Source of the DNA: an uncultured cyanobacterium
GTDB lineage: Bacteria; Cyanobacteriota; Cyanobacteriia; Cyanobacteriales; Cyanobacteriaceae
DNA: 64,000 bases
Assembly (NCBI GenBank): GCA_963749915.1
Contig: CAVVOP010000008.1
Location: 384,001-448,000, forward strand
Direction of reading: 5' to 3'
Position numbers and translations under genes: made by a program. The notes under the pieces are model-generated. The model was not told the origin of the DNA and ran no database searches. It saw only the letters and a program-made list of their open reading frames with translations. This document shows, piece by piece, positions 32,383 through 42,007 of this stretch. Position 1 is the first letter of the stretch. Every line of letters begins with the position of its first letter.

Positions 32383-33524
32383 TACTATTGCATTATCGTT
32401 ATTATTAGTTAGTCCGTGTTGGGCTAAACCTGAAGTAACAGTAAATTCTGATAATACTAAAAGAGATACTATAAAGTTAAGACTAAGTGCAACGGATGAT
32501 GGAGAACCACTTCCTAACTTGACGGCGGAAGACTTTGAGGTAATTTCTGATGGAGTATTAGTTCCCATAAAAAGTGTGATTCCACCACAAAAAAATCGTC
32601 CTGCACCAGCTCGTCCTGTTATATTACTGGATATGAGTAATAGTATGCTCAGTTTGGATAGTTCGTGGCAAACTCGACAACAAGGTGCAATTCAAGCAAT
32701 TCAAACAATTTTGACTCAGTTTAAGAATGCCCCTTTACAAGTTAATATTATTCCTTTTGGAGAAGGAGGTGGAACTTGTACTTCTGAGAGTTTTGTTCCT
32801 AGTTCAGTTTCAGCCTATTTTAAAGAGGATAAGTTTTTTCCTCCCAATTCAGATTTTCTTCAACAACAACTTAATCAGTTAGCTCAGGCTAAACTTTGTG
32901 CTTCAACGAATCTTTATGATCCTTTGGAGAAAACAATTAATTAATTATTTAAAACAGGAGGAGGCAAGAATAAACCAAAAAACCCAAGAGGAGAAAACTG
33001 TGCCAACTCGTTTTGGTATTATTTTATTATCTGACGGTTTTCAAAGTACTCCCCATAGAAAATGTAATCAAGATTATGAGCCAAAAAGATTTGAGCAGTT
33101 AGCAAAAACTATTAATGAAGCTGTACCTAAAATTACAATTCACACTCTGGGTTATGGTTTAACGTTAGAAGAATTAGGGGAAAAATGGGGTTTATCTCGC
33201 CCTGCTACTATTGAAGATGTAATTTGTCCTTACGGAAATGAAAGTCGAGCGAAAGATTTTGTTGACCAAAAAAGATTAGCAGAAATCGCTAAATTAGGAA
33301 GGGGAATTAGTGGTTTTTCAGCTAATGGGGCAGAAATCGCACAACAGTTAGAAGAATCTGTTAGGGCAATTTTAGGGGAGTATAAGCTAGTATTTGTACA
33401 GCCCGATGGAGAACCGGGAAAACTTTATAATGTAAAAGTTAGGCTTAATTTTAAGTCCGATTCTGTGGAAAGTTCAGTAGAAAGTTTTGAAAAAGAAATT
33501 AGTGTTTTTGATGAGAAGAAATAG
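32354..33524 (+). pseudogene. Exported VWA-domain protein, frameshifted
   Basis: Signal peptide, DMSNSM MIDAS, TNLYD, LLSDG; split by tandem TTAA-TTAA at 32937-32944. Confidence 0.85.
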
Positions 33525-33671
33525 AAGATTTACCATACAATGATTTCTTATTAGAAAACAAAAAAGTTGCAATATTAGTATAGATTTAAGACTAATAAAA
33601 ATGAAGGTAAGGGCGCATCTAAAACCACTATTAGCAGTAAGGTTAAAAATTTAAAGTAAGAGGATTTTAAC

Positions 33672-33992
33672 ATGAGTACCGTAACAGACAATGATTTAGA
33701 CTTGATAGTATTAAAGAAAAAAATCAAACGTATAAAATCTGAAATTGAAGATGAATATCAAATAGAAGAATTAGGATTATTTGGCTCTTATGTAAGAGGT
33801 GAGCAAACAGGAGACAGTGATATAGATTTATTAGTGACGTTTAAACCAGAGGCTAGATTTGGGCTGGTTACATACTGTGAATTAGAAAATTTACTTAGCG
33901 AAAAATTAGGAAAGAAAGTCGATTTAGTTATGAAAAAAGATTTAAAACCTCATATAGGTAAATATATTTTAAATGAGGTAGTTTATCTATGA
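33672..33992 (+). CDS. MNT-family nucleotidyltransferase antitoxin
   Basis: LFGSYVRGEQ..DSDIDLLV, KVDLV. Confidence 0.92.
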   Translation: MSTVTDNDLDLIVLKKKIKRIKSEIEDEYQIEELGLFGSYVRGEQTGDSDIDLLVTFKPEARFGLVTYCELENLLSEKLGKKVDLVMKKDLKPHIGKYILNEVVYL

Positions 33993-34309
33993 CTAAAAGA
34001 GAATTAAAAGATTATTTAGAAGATATTTTAGAAACATTATTAATTATTGAAACATTTACAGAAGATTTACCTTTCGATTCTTTTGTTAATGATAAAAAAA
34101 CCTTATTTGCTATAAATCACGCTATAGAAAGAATAGGAGAAGCTACTAAAAATATCCCTGAAAATATCAGAGTAAAATATCCTCATATAAAATGGAAAGG
34201 ATTAACTGGTATGAGGGATAAAATCATTCATTATTATTTTGGTATTAACTATCAAATTGTCTGGGATATAAAATCGTTAAATTTTTCTTTTAATTTTTTA
34301 TTTTCTTGA
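33989..34309 (+). CDS. HepT/DUF86 HEPN ribonuclease toxin (C-terminus probably replaced)
   Basis: IGEA, RDKIIHYYFG (Rx4H); ATGA overlap with MNT gene. Confidence 0.85.
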   Translation: MTKRELKDYLEDILETLLIIETFTEDLPFDSFVNDKKTLFAINHAIERIGEATKNIPENIRVKYPHIKWKGLTGMRDKIIHYYFGINYQIVWDIKSLNFSFNFLFS

Positions 34310-34372
34310 TTTAATTCAGTGTATTTGAACCATAAAAATCCATTAAAACCTAATAGAATTATAGTTAACTAA

Positions 34373-35419
34373 TAGACATCTCCAAAATATAATAATATCA
34401 GAAAATTAGTATAATAACTTTAACTTCTGAGGTAAAAAATATCAAAAACAATGAATAATTATACTTGGAACTATATTCAGAGCCATCCCCAAGAAACTAA
34501 AAGACTATTAGGTATTAATTATGATCAGTTGCAAGATTTAGGGAAATATCTAAAATTGCTAGAAGAACAAGAGAATCAAAAACAAGAACAAAAGAAGATA
34601 AGAATTAATAAAGTAGGAGGTGGAAGGGATGAAAAAATAAGTAAAGAAGAACAAATAATTATGACTTTGGTTTATCTCAGACACCATCTTAATTTTCAGT
34701 TATTAGCATTAATGTTTAAAGTGAGTGAAAGTACTGCTAATAATGTGTTTCATAAATGGCAAAAATTATTAGAATTAGCCTTACCTTCTTCCTTACGAGA
34801 ACAAGTAAAAAAGTTCGAGGATAGTCTAGAAGAAATCAAAAAAATCTTAACTAATTATGAGCTCATAGTAGATACAGAAGAACAAGAAATAGAAAGAAGT
34901 CTAGACTATGAAGAACAAAAAAAGCATTATTCAGGAAAGAAAAAAATGCAGACTTTTAAAAATCAAGTAATTTGTTTGCCAAAAGGGGAAGATATAGTAG
35001 ATGTAGTAGGAGGAGAACTAGGACCAAAAGCTGACATAACTATTTGGAGGGAAAATGCAGATATATTTGTAGAGCATCTAATTAGAATAATCAAAATATT
35101 TAAGGTTATGGGAGAAAGATTTAGACTAAAAAAAGAGGAGTATGAATCAGTTTTTTTGAGCGTTTGTGGTTTGGTAAGATTAAGAATGGGAACTTTAATA
35201 ATTGAACATCGGAAAACGAGTGAAACGGGAGAAATAATTGATGTTCTGTTAACCCATATTTTTTCATCAAAATTGGATTTTTCTTGATTTTTGACGAAAT
35301 AACAGGATTAAGAGCCGGCGATCGCGCAGCGCCGTTTCACGATCACGAAGTGGCGCCCTAGGAGTAAAAAGGTTTCAAATGCTTATAATGAAAGAATCAT
35401 AAATTTTTGGAGATGTCTA
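34373..35419 (+). mobile_element. IS5-family (ISL2-like) element, copy 1, defective
   Basis: TIR TAGACATCTCCAAAA at both ends; second copy at 55216-57344. Confidence 0.88.
34451..35287 (+). pseudogene. IS5/ISL2-type transposase with internal in-frame deletion
   Basis: HTH_Tnp_4-like region, VDTEEQ, YSGKKK, VEH; segment with second catalytic Asp apparently absent. Confidence 0.75.
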
Positions 35420-35718
35420 TTACCAGCATACGATTTCTTTGTCCCCGTTGGCTCTCGATCATCCTGGCGATCGTGCTTTCCTCATCTTCAATCTCAATCT
35501 CCACCGTCGCAAAGCGATGACAAACAAGATACTGAAACGCTTGCAGGCAAAAGCTTTTAGCCTTAAAGTCATTTCTTGTACACTTGTTGATACTGCTTAC
35601 ACTATTATAGCATACAGTAAAAAACTCTTGTATTTAAAAATGAAAAATACTAAACTTATGGCAGAAGTTAGATAATAAGCTACGAATAATCGTTTTTCTG
35701 CTCTTTTTTCCTCTATTT

Positions 35719-36885
35719 ATGCGAGATATTCAACAACATCGACAACAATTTTCTGGTTTAAAGGATAAATTCTATTTTAATTTTGGTGGGCAGGGAATTT
35801 TACCCAAATCAGCTTTACAAAAAATTATTGACACCTATCACCATATTGATCAAGTTGGTCCTTTTGGTCTCAAAATTAATACTTGGGTACAGGAAAATCT
35901 TAGTGCAACTAAACAAGCCATCGCCTCGGAAATTGGGGCGACACCAGAAACTATCACCCTAACAGAGAATGTTAGTGCTAGTTGTAATATTCCTTTATGG
36001 GGAATTCAATGGCAAGAAGGGGAAGAAATTCTACTAACTGATGCCGAACATCCAGGAATAGTTGCTATCGCCAAGGAAATTAGCCGTCGTTTTGGGGTTA
36101 AAATTGTCACCTGTCCGATTCTTGAGACTCTCAATGAAGGTAATCCCGTAGAAGTTATCCAAAATCATCTTAGTCCTCATACTCGCTTAGTAATTATCAG
36201 TCATATTCTTTGGAATACCGGGCAAATTTTACCTTTAAAAGAGATTGTCTCCGCCTGTCATAATTATGACCACAGTAAACAACAAATTCAAGTTTTAGTA
36301 GACGGTGCACAATCCGCTGGAAGTTTGCCCTTAAATTTAATAGAGTCAGAGATTGATTTTTATGGTTGTACGGGTCATAAATGGTTATGTGGTCCTTCTG
36401 GGGTTGGTTTTCTCTATGTCAGACGAGATTTAATTTCTTCCCTCTCCCCCACCTTTATCGGTTGGCGTGGCCTAAATTACTCCAAAAGTGACTTACCTTT
36501 TACCGATGATGGTCGTCGTTATGAAGTGGCAACTTCCGCTTATCCCTTATATGCTGCCTTACAAGAAGCGATCGCAGTTCATCAACGGTGGGGGACAATA
36601 AAGCAACGTTACGATCTTATTTGTCAATTAAGTAGTTATTTATGGGAAGAATTAACCAAGGTGGAAGGCATTAAGTGTTTGAAAAAGACTGCACCAGAAT
36701 CGGGGTTAGTGTCTTTTTATCTAAGAAATGGAAAGGATGCCAATAAAATGGTTAAAATTTTGGAAGAAAAAGGGTTTTATTTACGCACTTTAGCTAATCC
36801 TTATTGTATTCGAGCCTGCGTTCATTATCTAACTTTGGAAACGGAAATTGAGGCATTAATAAAAGGTATTAAAGATGAAAATTAG
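35719..36885 (+). CDS. Class V PLP aminotransferase / cystine C-S lyase-like
   Basis: YFNFGGQG, DAEHPG, HILWNTG, DGAQS, GHKWLCGP. Confidence 0.9.
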   Translation: MRDIQQHRQQFSGLKDKFYFNFGGQGILPKSALQKIIDTYHHIDQVGPFGLKINTWVQENLSATKQAIASEIGATPETITLTENVSASCNIPLWGIQWQEGEEILLTDAEHPGIVAIAKEISRRFGVKIVTCPILETLNEGNPVEVIQNHLSPHTRLVIISHILWNTGQILPLKEIVSACHNYDHSKQQIQVLVDGAQSAGSLPLNLIESEIDFYGCTGHKWLCGPSGVGFLYVRRDLISSLSPTFIGWRGLNYSKSDLPFTDDGRRYEVATSAYPLYAALQEAIAVHQRWGTIKQRYDLICQLSSYLWEELTKVEGIKCLKKTAPESGLVSFYLRNGKDANKMVKILEEKGFYLRTLANPYCIRACVHYLTLETEIEALIKGIKDEN

Positions 36886-37096
36886 TGTCAAAGTAAAACC
36901 TAAATCTAAACAACGAAAGATTGAGCAAAATCTTGAAGGCATTTGGATTATAAACCTAAAATCACCACCAACTGACGGTAAAGCTAACCAAGAATTAATA
37001 AATTTTATCGCTCAAGAATTTAAAGTAAAAAAATCTCACGTAACCGTAAAATCAGGATTATCCAACCAAAATAAAATTATCGAAATTGATGATTAA
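36875..37096 (+). CDS. DUF167/YggU family protein
   Basis: VKVKP, PPTDGKANQEL. Confidence 0.9.
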   Translation: MKISVKVKPKSKQRKIEQNLEGIWIINLKSPPTDGKANQELINFIAQEFKVKKSHVTVKSGLSNQNKIIEIDD

Positions 37097-37120
37097 TTTT
37101 CTATTTTTTTATTAATAAAA

Positions 37121-37444
37121 TTAGGAATTTCTTAGCCTTCCTTCTAACTCTGATTTATCATTGATAATCTCAAAAACATGGCCCATGTTAGTAAGATCAA
37201 ATAACATTTTAACTTGATCATTTAAGGACATTAAAAACAATCTGCCGCCACTGCCGCGAATCATTTTTAAAATCATTACTAATGTACCCAAGCCAGAACT
37301 ATCCATAAAAGTTATTTTTTTGAAATCAATGAGAATAATATTAATCCCTTCACTGATTAACTCACTGATTTGTTCACGAAATTGGGTTGATTTAGCATTG
37401 TCGAGAACGCCTTCGGGACGAAGAACTTTTACTTTGGGTAACAT
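37121..37444 (-). CDS. STAS-domain anti-sigma factor antagonist
   Basis: FMDSSGLG motif. Confidence 0.92.
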   Translation of the reverse strand: MLPKVKVLRPEGVLDNAKSTQFREQISELISEGINIILIDFKKITFMDSSGLGTLVMILKMIRGSGGRLFLMSLNDQVKMLFDLTNMGHVFEIINDKSELEGRLRNS

Positions 37445-37555
37445 TGATAATGGATTTCGGTGATAAATGATTATATAGTTATCCTAGCGGAAATTGGGCT
37501 AAATAAACTGTTAAATTATCATTAACCTTTTATTTCATTCCTTTTATGTTATTGA

Positions 37556-38170
37556 TTAACTCGGTTTTTTTTGGTAATATTTGATCCACGTAGAAATAAA
37601 AATCCACCCCATCAAGATGAATAAGAGCACAAAGCCAAATTGAGCAATTAAACTAATTAATTGGGTTAAAGGGATAATCATACCGACGAAATAAGCCAAC
37701 GTGACCACGATTGTGCCCCACACTGCCGCCCCCATGAAATTATAAAATAGAAATTTAGCATAAGGCATTTCGACAATTCCGGCGATCGGACCGGCAAATA
37801 TCCGTAATAATGTGACAAAACGTCCAAAAAAGACGGCTTTAGCGGCATTTTCCAGAAATTTACTTTTCGCCTTTTCCACCTTTTCATCAGGAAGACTGAA
37901 AAAGCGGGATAATTTGAGTAAAAATGGCCAACCGCCAATTCTGCCAAGCCAATAACCAAAATTATCCCCTGTTATGGCACCGGCAATGGCAGTCAGTAAA
38001 ACTAACCAGTAGTTTAATTCTCCACTACCTGCTAAAAACCCGCCAATGATAGTGATGGTTTCCCCCGGAATCGGTATTCCCGTATTTTCGATGGCAATGC
38101 CCGCAAAAACGGCCCAATAACCGTAATTATGTGCTAATTCTTTGAGTTGTTCTAGTGAAAAAAATTCCAT
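37556..38170 (-). CDS. DedA family membrane protein
   Basis: ENTGIPIPGE, GDNFGYWLGR, FFGRF. Confidence 0.93.
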   Translation of the reverse strand: MEFFSLEQLKELAHNYGYWAVFAGIAIENTGIPIPGETITIIGGFLAGSGELNYWLVLLTAIAGAITGDNFGYWLGRIGGWPFLLKLSRFFSLPDEKVEKAKSKFLENAAKAVFFGRFVTLLRIFAGPIAGIVEMPYAKFLFYNFMGAAVWGTIVVTLAYFVGMIIPLTQLISLIAQFGFVLLFILMGWIFISTWIKYYQKKPS

Positions 38171-38255
38171 TATATAATGAGTTCGGAGTTAAGATACTAT
38201 AAAATATCCTTAAGAGTTAGAAGAAAATTAATTGTTAACTGTTAATTGTTAACGG

Positions 38256-38831
38256 TTAACTATATCTATCTAGTAAGGCCTGTAAACCGCCTTCAAACCC
38301 CGAGCCTACAGCATTAACACGCCATTCACCATCTTTGTTGTATAATTCCGCCATGATGACAGCGGTTTCTACGGAAAAGTCTTCGGTTAAGTCATAGCGT
38401 AAAATTTCTTCTTTAGTTTGCACATCCACAAGGCGAATATAGGCATTCGTAACTTGTCCAAAATTTTGGTGTCTTTTATCGGCATCGAAAATGGTAACAG
38501 TAACTATTATTTTAGCGATGTCAGAAGGTACTTTACGCAAATCCACGATCAGTCCCTCGTCATCTCCTTCTCCTTCTCCTGTGCGATTATCCCCTAAAAG
38601 TTTGATACATTGATCTGGATCAGGACTAATTAGGTTATTGTAGAAAATAAAATGTTTATCAGAAACTAATTTTTCGTTAGCACCCACAAGAAACACGGAT
38701 ACATCTAAATCATATTCGCCTCCGGTGTCTGTAGAGTTTACATCCCAACCTAAACCAATAAATCCTGCCACTAGGCTTGGTGCAACTTTAGCTAATGAAA
38801 TTCTTTGTCCTTTTTGTAGTGAAATAGTCAT
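38256..38831 (-). CDS. TerD family stress protein
   Basis: ISLQKGQRISL, GLGWD, FYNNL, GDNRTGEGEGDDE. Confidence 0.93.
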   Translation of the reverse strand: MTISLQKGQRISLAKVAPSLVAGFIGLGWDVNSTDTGGEYDLDVSVFLVGANEKLVSDKHFIFYNNLISPDPDQCIKLLGDNRTGEGEGDDEGLIVDLRKVPSDIAKIIVTVTIFDADKRHQNFGQVTNAYIRLVDVQTKEEILRYDLTEDFSVETAVIMAELYNKDGEWRVNAVGSGFEGGLQALLDRYS

Positions 38832-38842
38832 AATATATTGAT

Positions 38843-39880
38843 ATGAAATTTAGTGATCTTATTAGTCAGTTATCACCTCAAGCCCACAGTCTTAACACAC
38901 ATCCTGAGTTCAATCCTGAGCTGAATGGTATTATGCCCATTGATCAAGCAACGGTTAATACATTAAGCCATATTGATGGTGATAAGTTTGCAAGGATGAT
39001 AGCCGTTACTAACGCTTCTGCTCTTATTTTACCACTAGATTCCTCGTTGCAAGAAGAAGCTACAAAAAGAGGTATTGCTTGGCTATCTTCTGGTTCTCCT
39101 CGTGTTACTTTTGCTCAAGCCATTAGTTTGTTTTATCAACCCTTTCAACCCGGACCACAAATTCACCCTACCGCTATCATTGCCGATGATGTCAAATTAG
39201 GTAAAAATGTCGCTATTGCCGCTCATGTCGTTATCGAAAAGGGTGTTACCATCGGTGATCACGCCTGTATTTTTCCCAATGTCGTAATTTATCCCCAGGT
39301 TACCATTGGCGATCGCACTATTATTCACGCTAATGCTACCATTGAAGAAAGAAGTCAAATCGGGGCAGATTGTGTTCTTCATAGTGGTGTGGTAATTGGG
39401 GGGGAAGGCTTCGGTTTTGTTCCCACTCCCGAAGGTTGGTATAAAATGCCACAATCTGGCTATGTAGTGTTAGAAGATGGAGTGGATATTGGCTGCAACA
39501 GTACAGTCGATCGCCCAGCTGTGGGTATTACTCGCATTGGGAAAAACACCAAGTTAGATAATTTAGTTCATGTGGGGCATAATGGCGATATTGGTGAAAA
39601 CTGCGCCTTAGCCGCCCAGGTTGGTTTAGCCGGAGGGGTAAAATTAGGTAATAGAGTCATTCTTGCGGGACAAGTAGGAGTTGCCAATAAAGTACAAATC
39701 GGAGATAATGCCATCGCCTCTGCACAAACAGGCATACACCACGACGTGAAAACAGGAGAAACGGTATCAGGCTCTCCAGCAGTAAGTAATAAGCTATATT
39801 TAAAAGTATCGGCTATTTATAAGAAATTGCCAGAAATTTACAAAATAGTTAAGGAATTGCAGAAAAAAATTGATCAATAA
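38843..39880 (+). CDS. lpxD: UDP-3-O-(3-hydroxymyristoyl)glucosamine N-acyltransferase
   Basis: Hexapeptide repeats, GFGF, DIGCNSTVDR, KLDNLVHVGHN. Confidence 0.96.
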   Translation: MKFSDLISQLSPQAHSLNTHPEFNPELNGIMPIDQATVNTLSHIDGDKFARMIAVTNASALILPLDSSLQEEATKRGIAWLSSGSPRVTFAQAISLFYQPFQPGPQIHPTAIIADDVKLGKNVAIAAHVVIEKGVTIGDHACIFPNVVIYPQVTIGDRTIIHANATIEERSQIGADCVLHSGVVIGGEGFGFVPTPEGWYKMPQSGYVVLEDGVDIGCNSTVDRPAVGITRIGKNTKLDNLVHVGHNGDIGENCALAAQVGLAGGVKLGNRVILAGQVGVANKVQIGDNAIASAQTGIHHDVKTGETVSGSPAVSNKLYLKVSAIYKKLPEIYKIVKELQKKIDQ

Positions 39881-40009
39881 ACTTGTTTCACTCGATGTTC
39901 AAGTTTTCGAGAATAAGCAGAATCCTGAGCGTGTTAAGATGTGGTTCTGTCAGCTATCTCAATGAAAATTATTGCTTTGGTAAAATGAAGATTATTACTT
40001 TTGTAAGAC

Positions 40010-40085
40010 GATCTTTTGGTGGCTATACGGCTTTAGCCTTAGCTGGGGCAACGATCGATTTTGAGAATTTAAGCAAAACATGCGA
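40010..40085 (+). pseudogene. Short alpha/beta-hydrolase fragment
   Basis: SFGGYTALALAGATIDFENL nucleophile-elbow-like remnant; boundaries approximate. Confidence 0.4.
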
Positions 40086-40636
40086 GCGCAAAATATGGGG
40101 ACCAAATCTTTATTCCCGTATTTTTAGGTGCTGGAAGTAATGATCCCGCAGCCCCAGCAGCCCCTGATACTGTTGGTCAACTTAACATTAAAGCTAAAAA
40201 ATTTTGGGTCTCAGGAGTCAGGAATCAGGAGTAATAAGAATTTATTTAGGTAAAAAGAAAGATAAAATTATTATCATCATGTTTTTTCCCCAATAAAAAG
40301 CTTATTTATCGGTTTGCTCGGAATTATTTTTAAATTAAACCTTCACCGATTCACCGTTTCTGTCTCCTGTCTTCTAGCCTCGACCTATTTATTAAGTTCG
40401 CCAACAGAGTCACATTCTGGGCAGACCCCAGAATTACGCCCTCAAAATTTACTTCAGCACTTTAAATGCCCTGTTCCTATTTGTTCCTATTCCCTACCCT
40501 CACAATTTCCCTAATTCAAAGCATCGATTCTTAACACGACTTGACAATTCATCATGACTGGCAATTTTGAATAATTTTGAGAAAGTTCTTAAGGAAATAT
40601 GGTTGTTTGAGTGTATTCAAGCGATCGCTACAGACA

Positions 40637-41880
40637 TTATTCTTTCGTTTTTTTGCCAAGTCGTGTCTTAATCAGATCGTAATTGTTCTGGTGCAGATTT
40701 TCAATCAATTGCTCTATGTTATCTTCTGGTACACCTAAGTCTTTCAATATATCTTTGGCTCTGAAAAGAGTGCTCTCCACAAAAATCGTTGCGGCTTTAA
40801 TTCCTTGGGATTCAAGATAGGTTTTCTCCGCCAGATTTGATACTCTCGCATAGATCATCAAGTGAGGATAAAGACTTTTTAAGGTAATCGCTATTGCCTT
40901 AATCCGCTCGAAATCTTTACTGGAAATGAATACCCCTTTGGCTTTGTTCAGACTGACAACCTCTTGTCCCACATTAGAAAGAATATCACCAAAATTAGCT
41001 TTAAAACCTGCTCTTATAGCATTTTCTGCTAGTTCTATTGATCTATCTATACCAATGTAGGGAATGTCAGCTTTTTCTACAATCAAAGCAGTGATCTGTC
41101 CCACGTTGTCTAGACCGACGAGCACTAAATGATTACTCATTTCTTCCTGGCTAGCTCTGGTTAACGTGCTAGGGGTAGAAAAAAAAGCACAAAGGTAAAC
41201 TCTCCCACCTGAGAGAGAGCAAAAGCAGTACGAATCCTAGTAGCTAAATCGATTTTAAAGAAACGACAAAACCACATCAACACTAAGACCTTGATGATCA
41301 TGACTATGGCTACATAGGTAAGAACCAGTGGCCATTGGGAAAAGAAGACGTTTACATTAATAGACATTCCCACTGAAATGAAGAAGAGTCCCATCAGTGT
41401 ACTCTTAAAAGGAGCGACCAAGGCGGCAACCTGATAACGGTATACCGATCCTGAGAGTATTACTCCCAAGCAAAAAGCACCGAGATCCATCGAGATCCCT
41501 ACTAGCTCCATTATCCATGCCGCAGAGAGAATGCCCAGTAAGATGACCAAGCCAAAGGATTCCATATCCCGTTTTTTGGTGACAAAGGACAAAACTGTGG
41601 GAAGAATGTATCGTCCTCCGATAAAAAGAATGAGAAAAGCCCCTATAGTTATGAGCAGTTGTAGGGCGAAGGGTTGTTGAGATTCCGTGGCTACCTGAGA
41701 AGAGAGTAGAGGAATCAAAGCCATCACTGGCACGATACAAATATCCTGCGCCATCAGAATCGCAAAAATGTTCTGTCCAGACTTAGTCGAGAGTTCACCC
41801 CGATCGGCTAAAATGGTCATCACAACTGCGGTAGATGACATAGCTAAACCCAGACCTAAGAGTGTGGCACTTTGCCAATG
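40637..41880 (-). pseudogene. KefB/KefC-type CPA2 K+/H+ antiporter, 5'-truncated and broken
   Basis: LAMSSTAVV, AQDI, PFK..LMGLFFISVGM, LSQVGEF; TrkA-N-like domain in a separate ORF; break near A8 run 41179-41186. Confidence 0.85.
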
Positions 41881-42007
41881 TGCAATTTTCGAATGTTCAA
41901 CACATAAAAACTGGTTGATAATGTATCATATCTCTAAGTGCTTCATGCAAACTTTATATTTAAAACCGAAAAAATCAGTGTGTCCATATTATGGTGTAGG
42001 AGGGAAA

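Noticed and set aside
41768..42007. 80-aa N-terminal extension of the porin ORF
   Set aside because: Overlaps the antisense kef pseudogene; a signal-peptide-like sequence starts after ATG 42008
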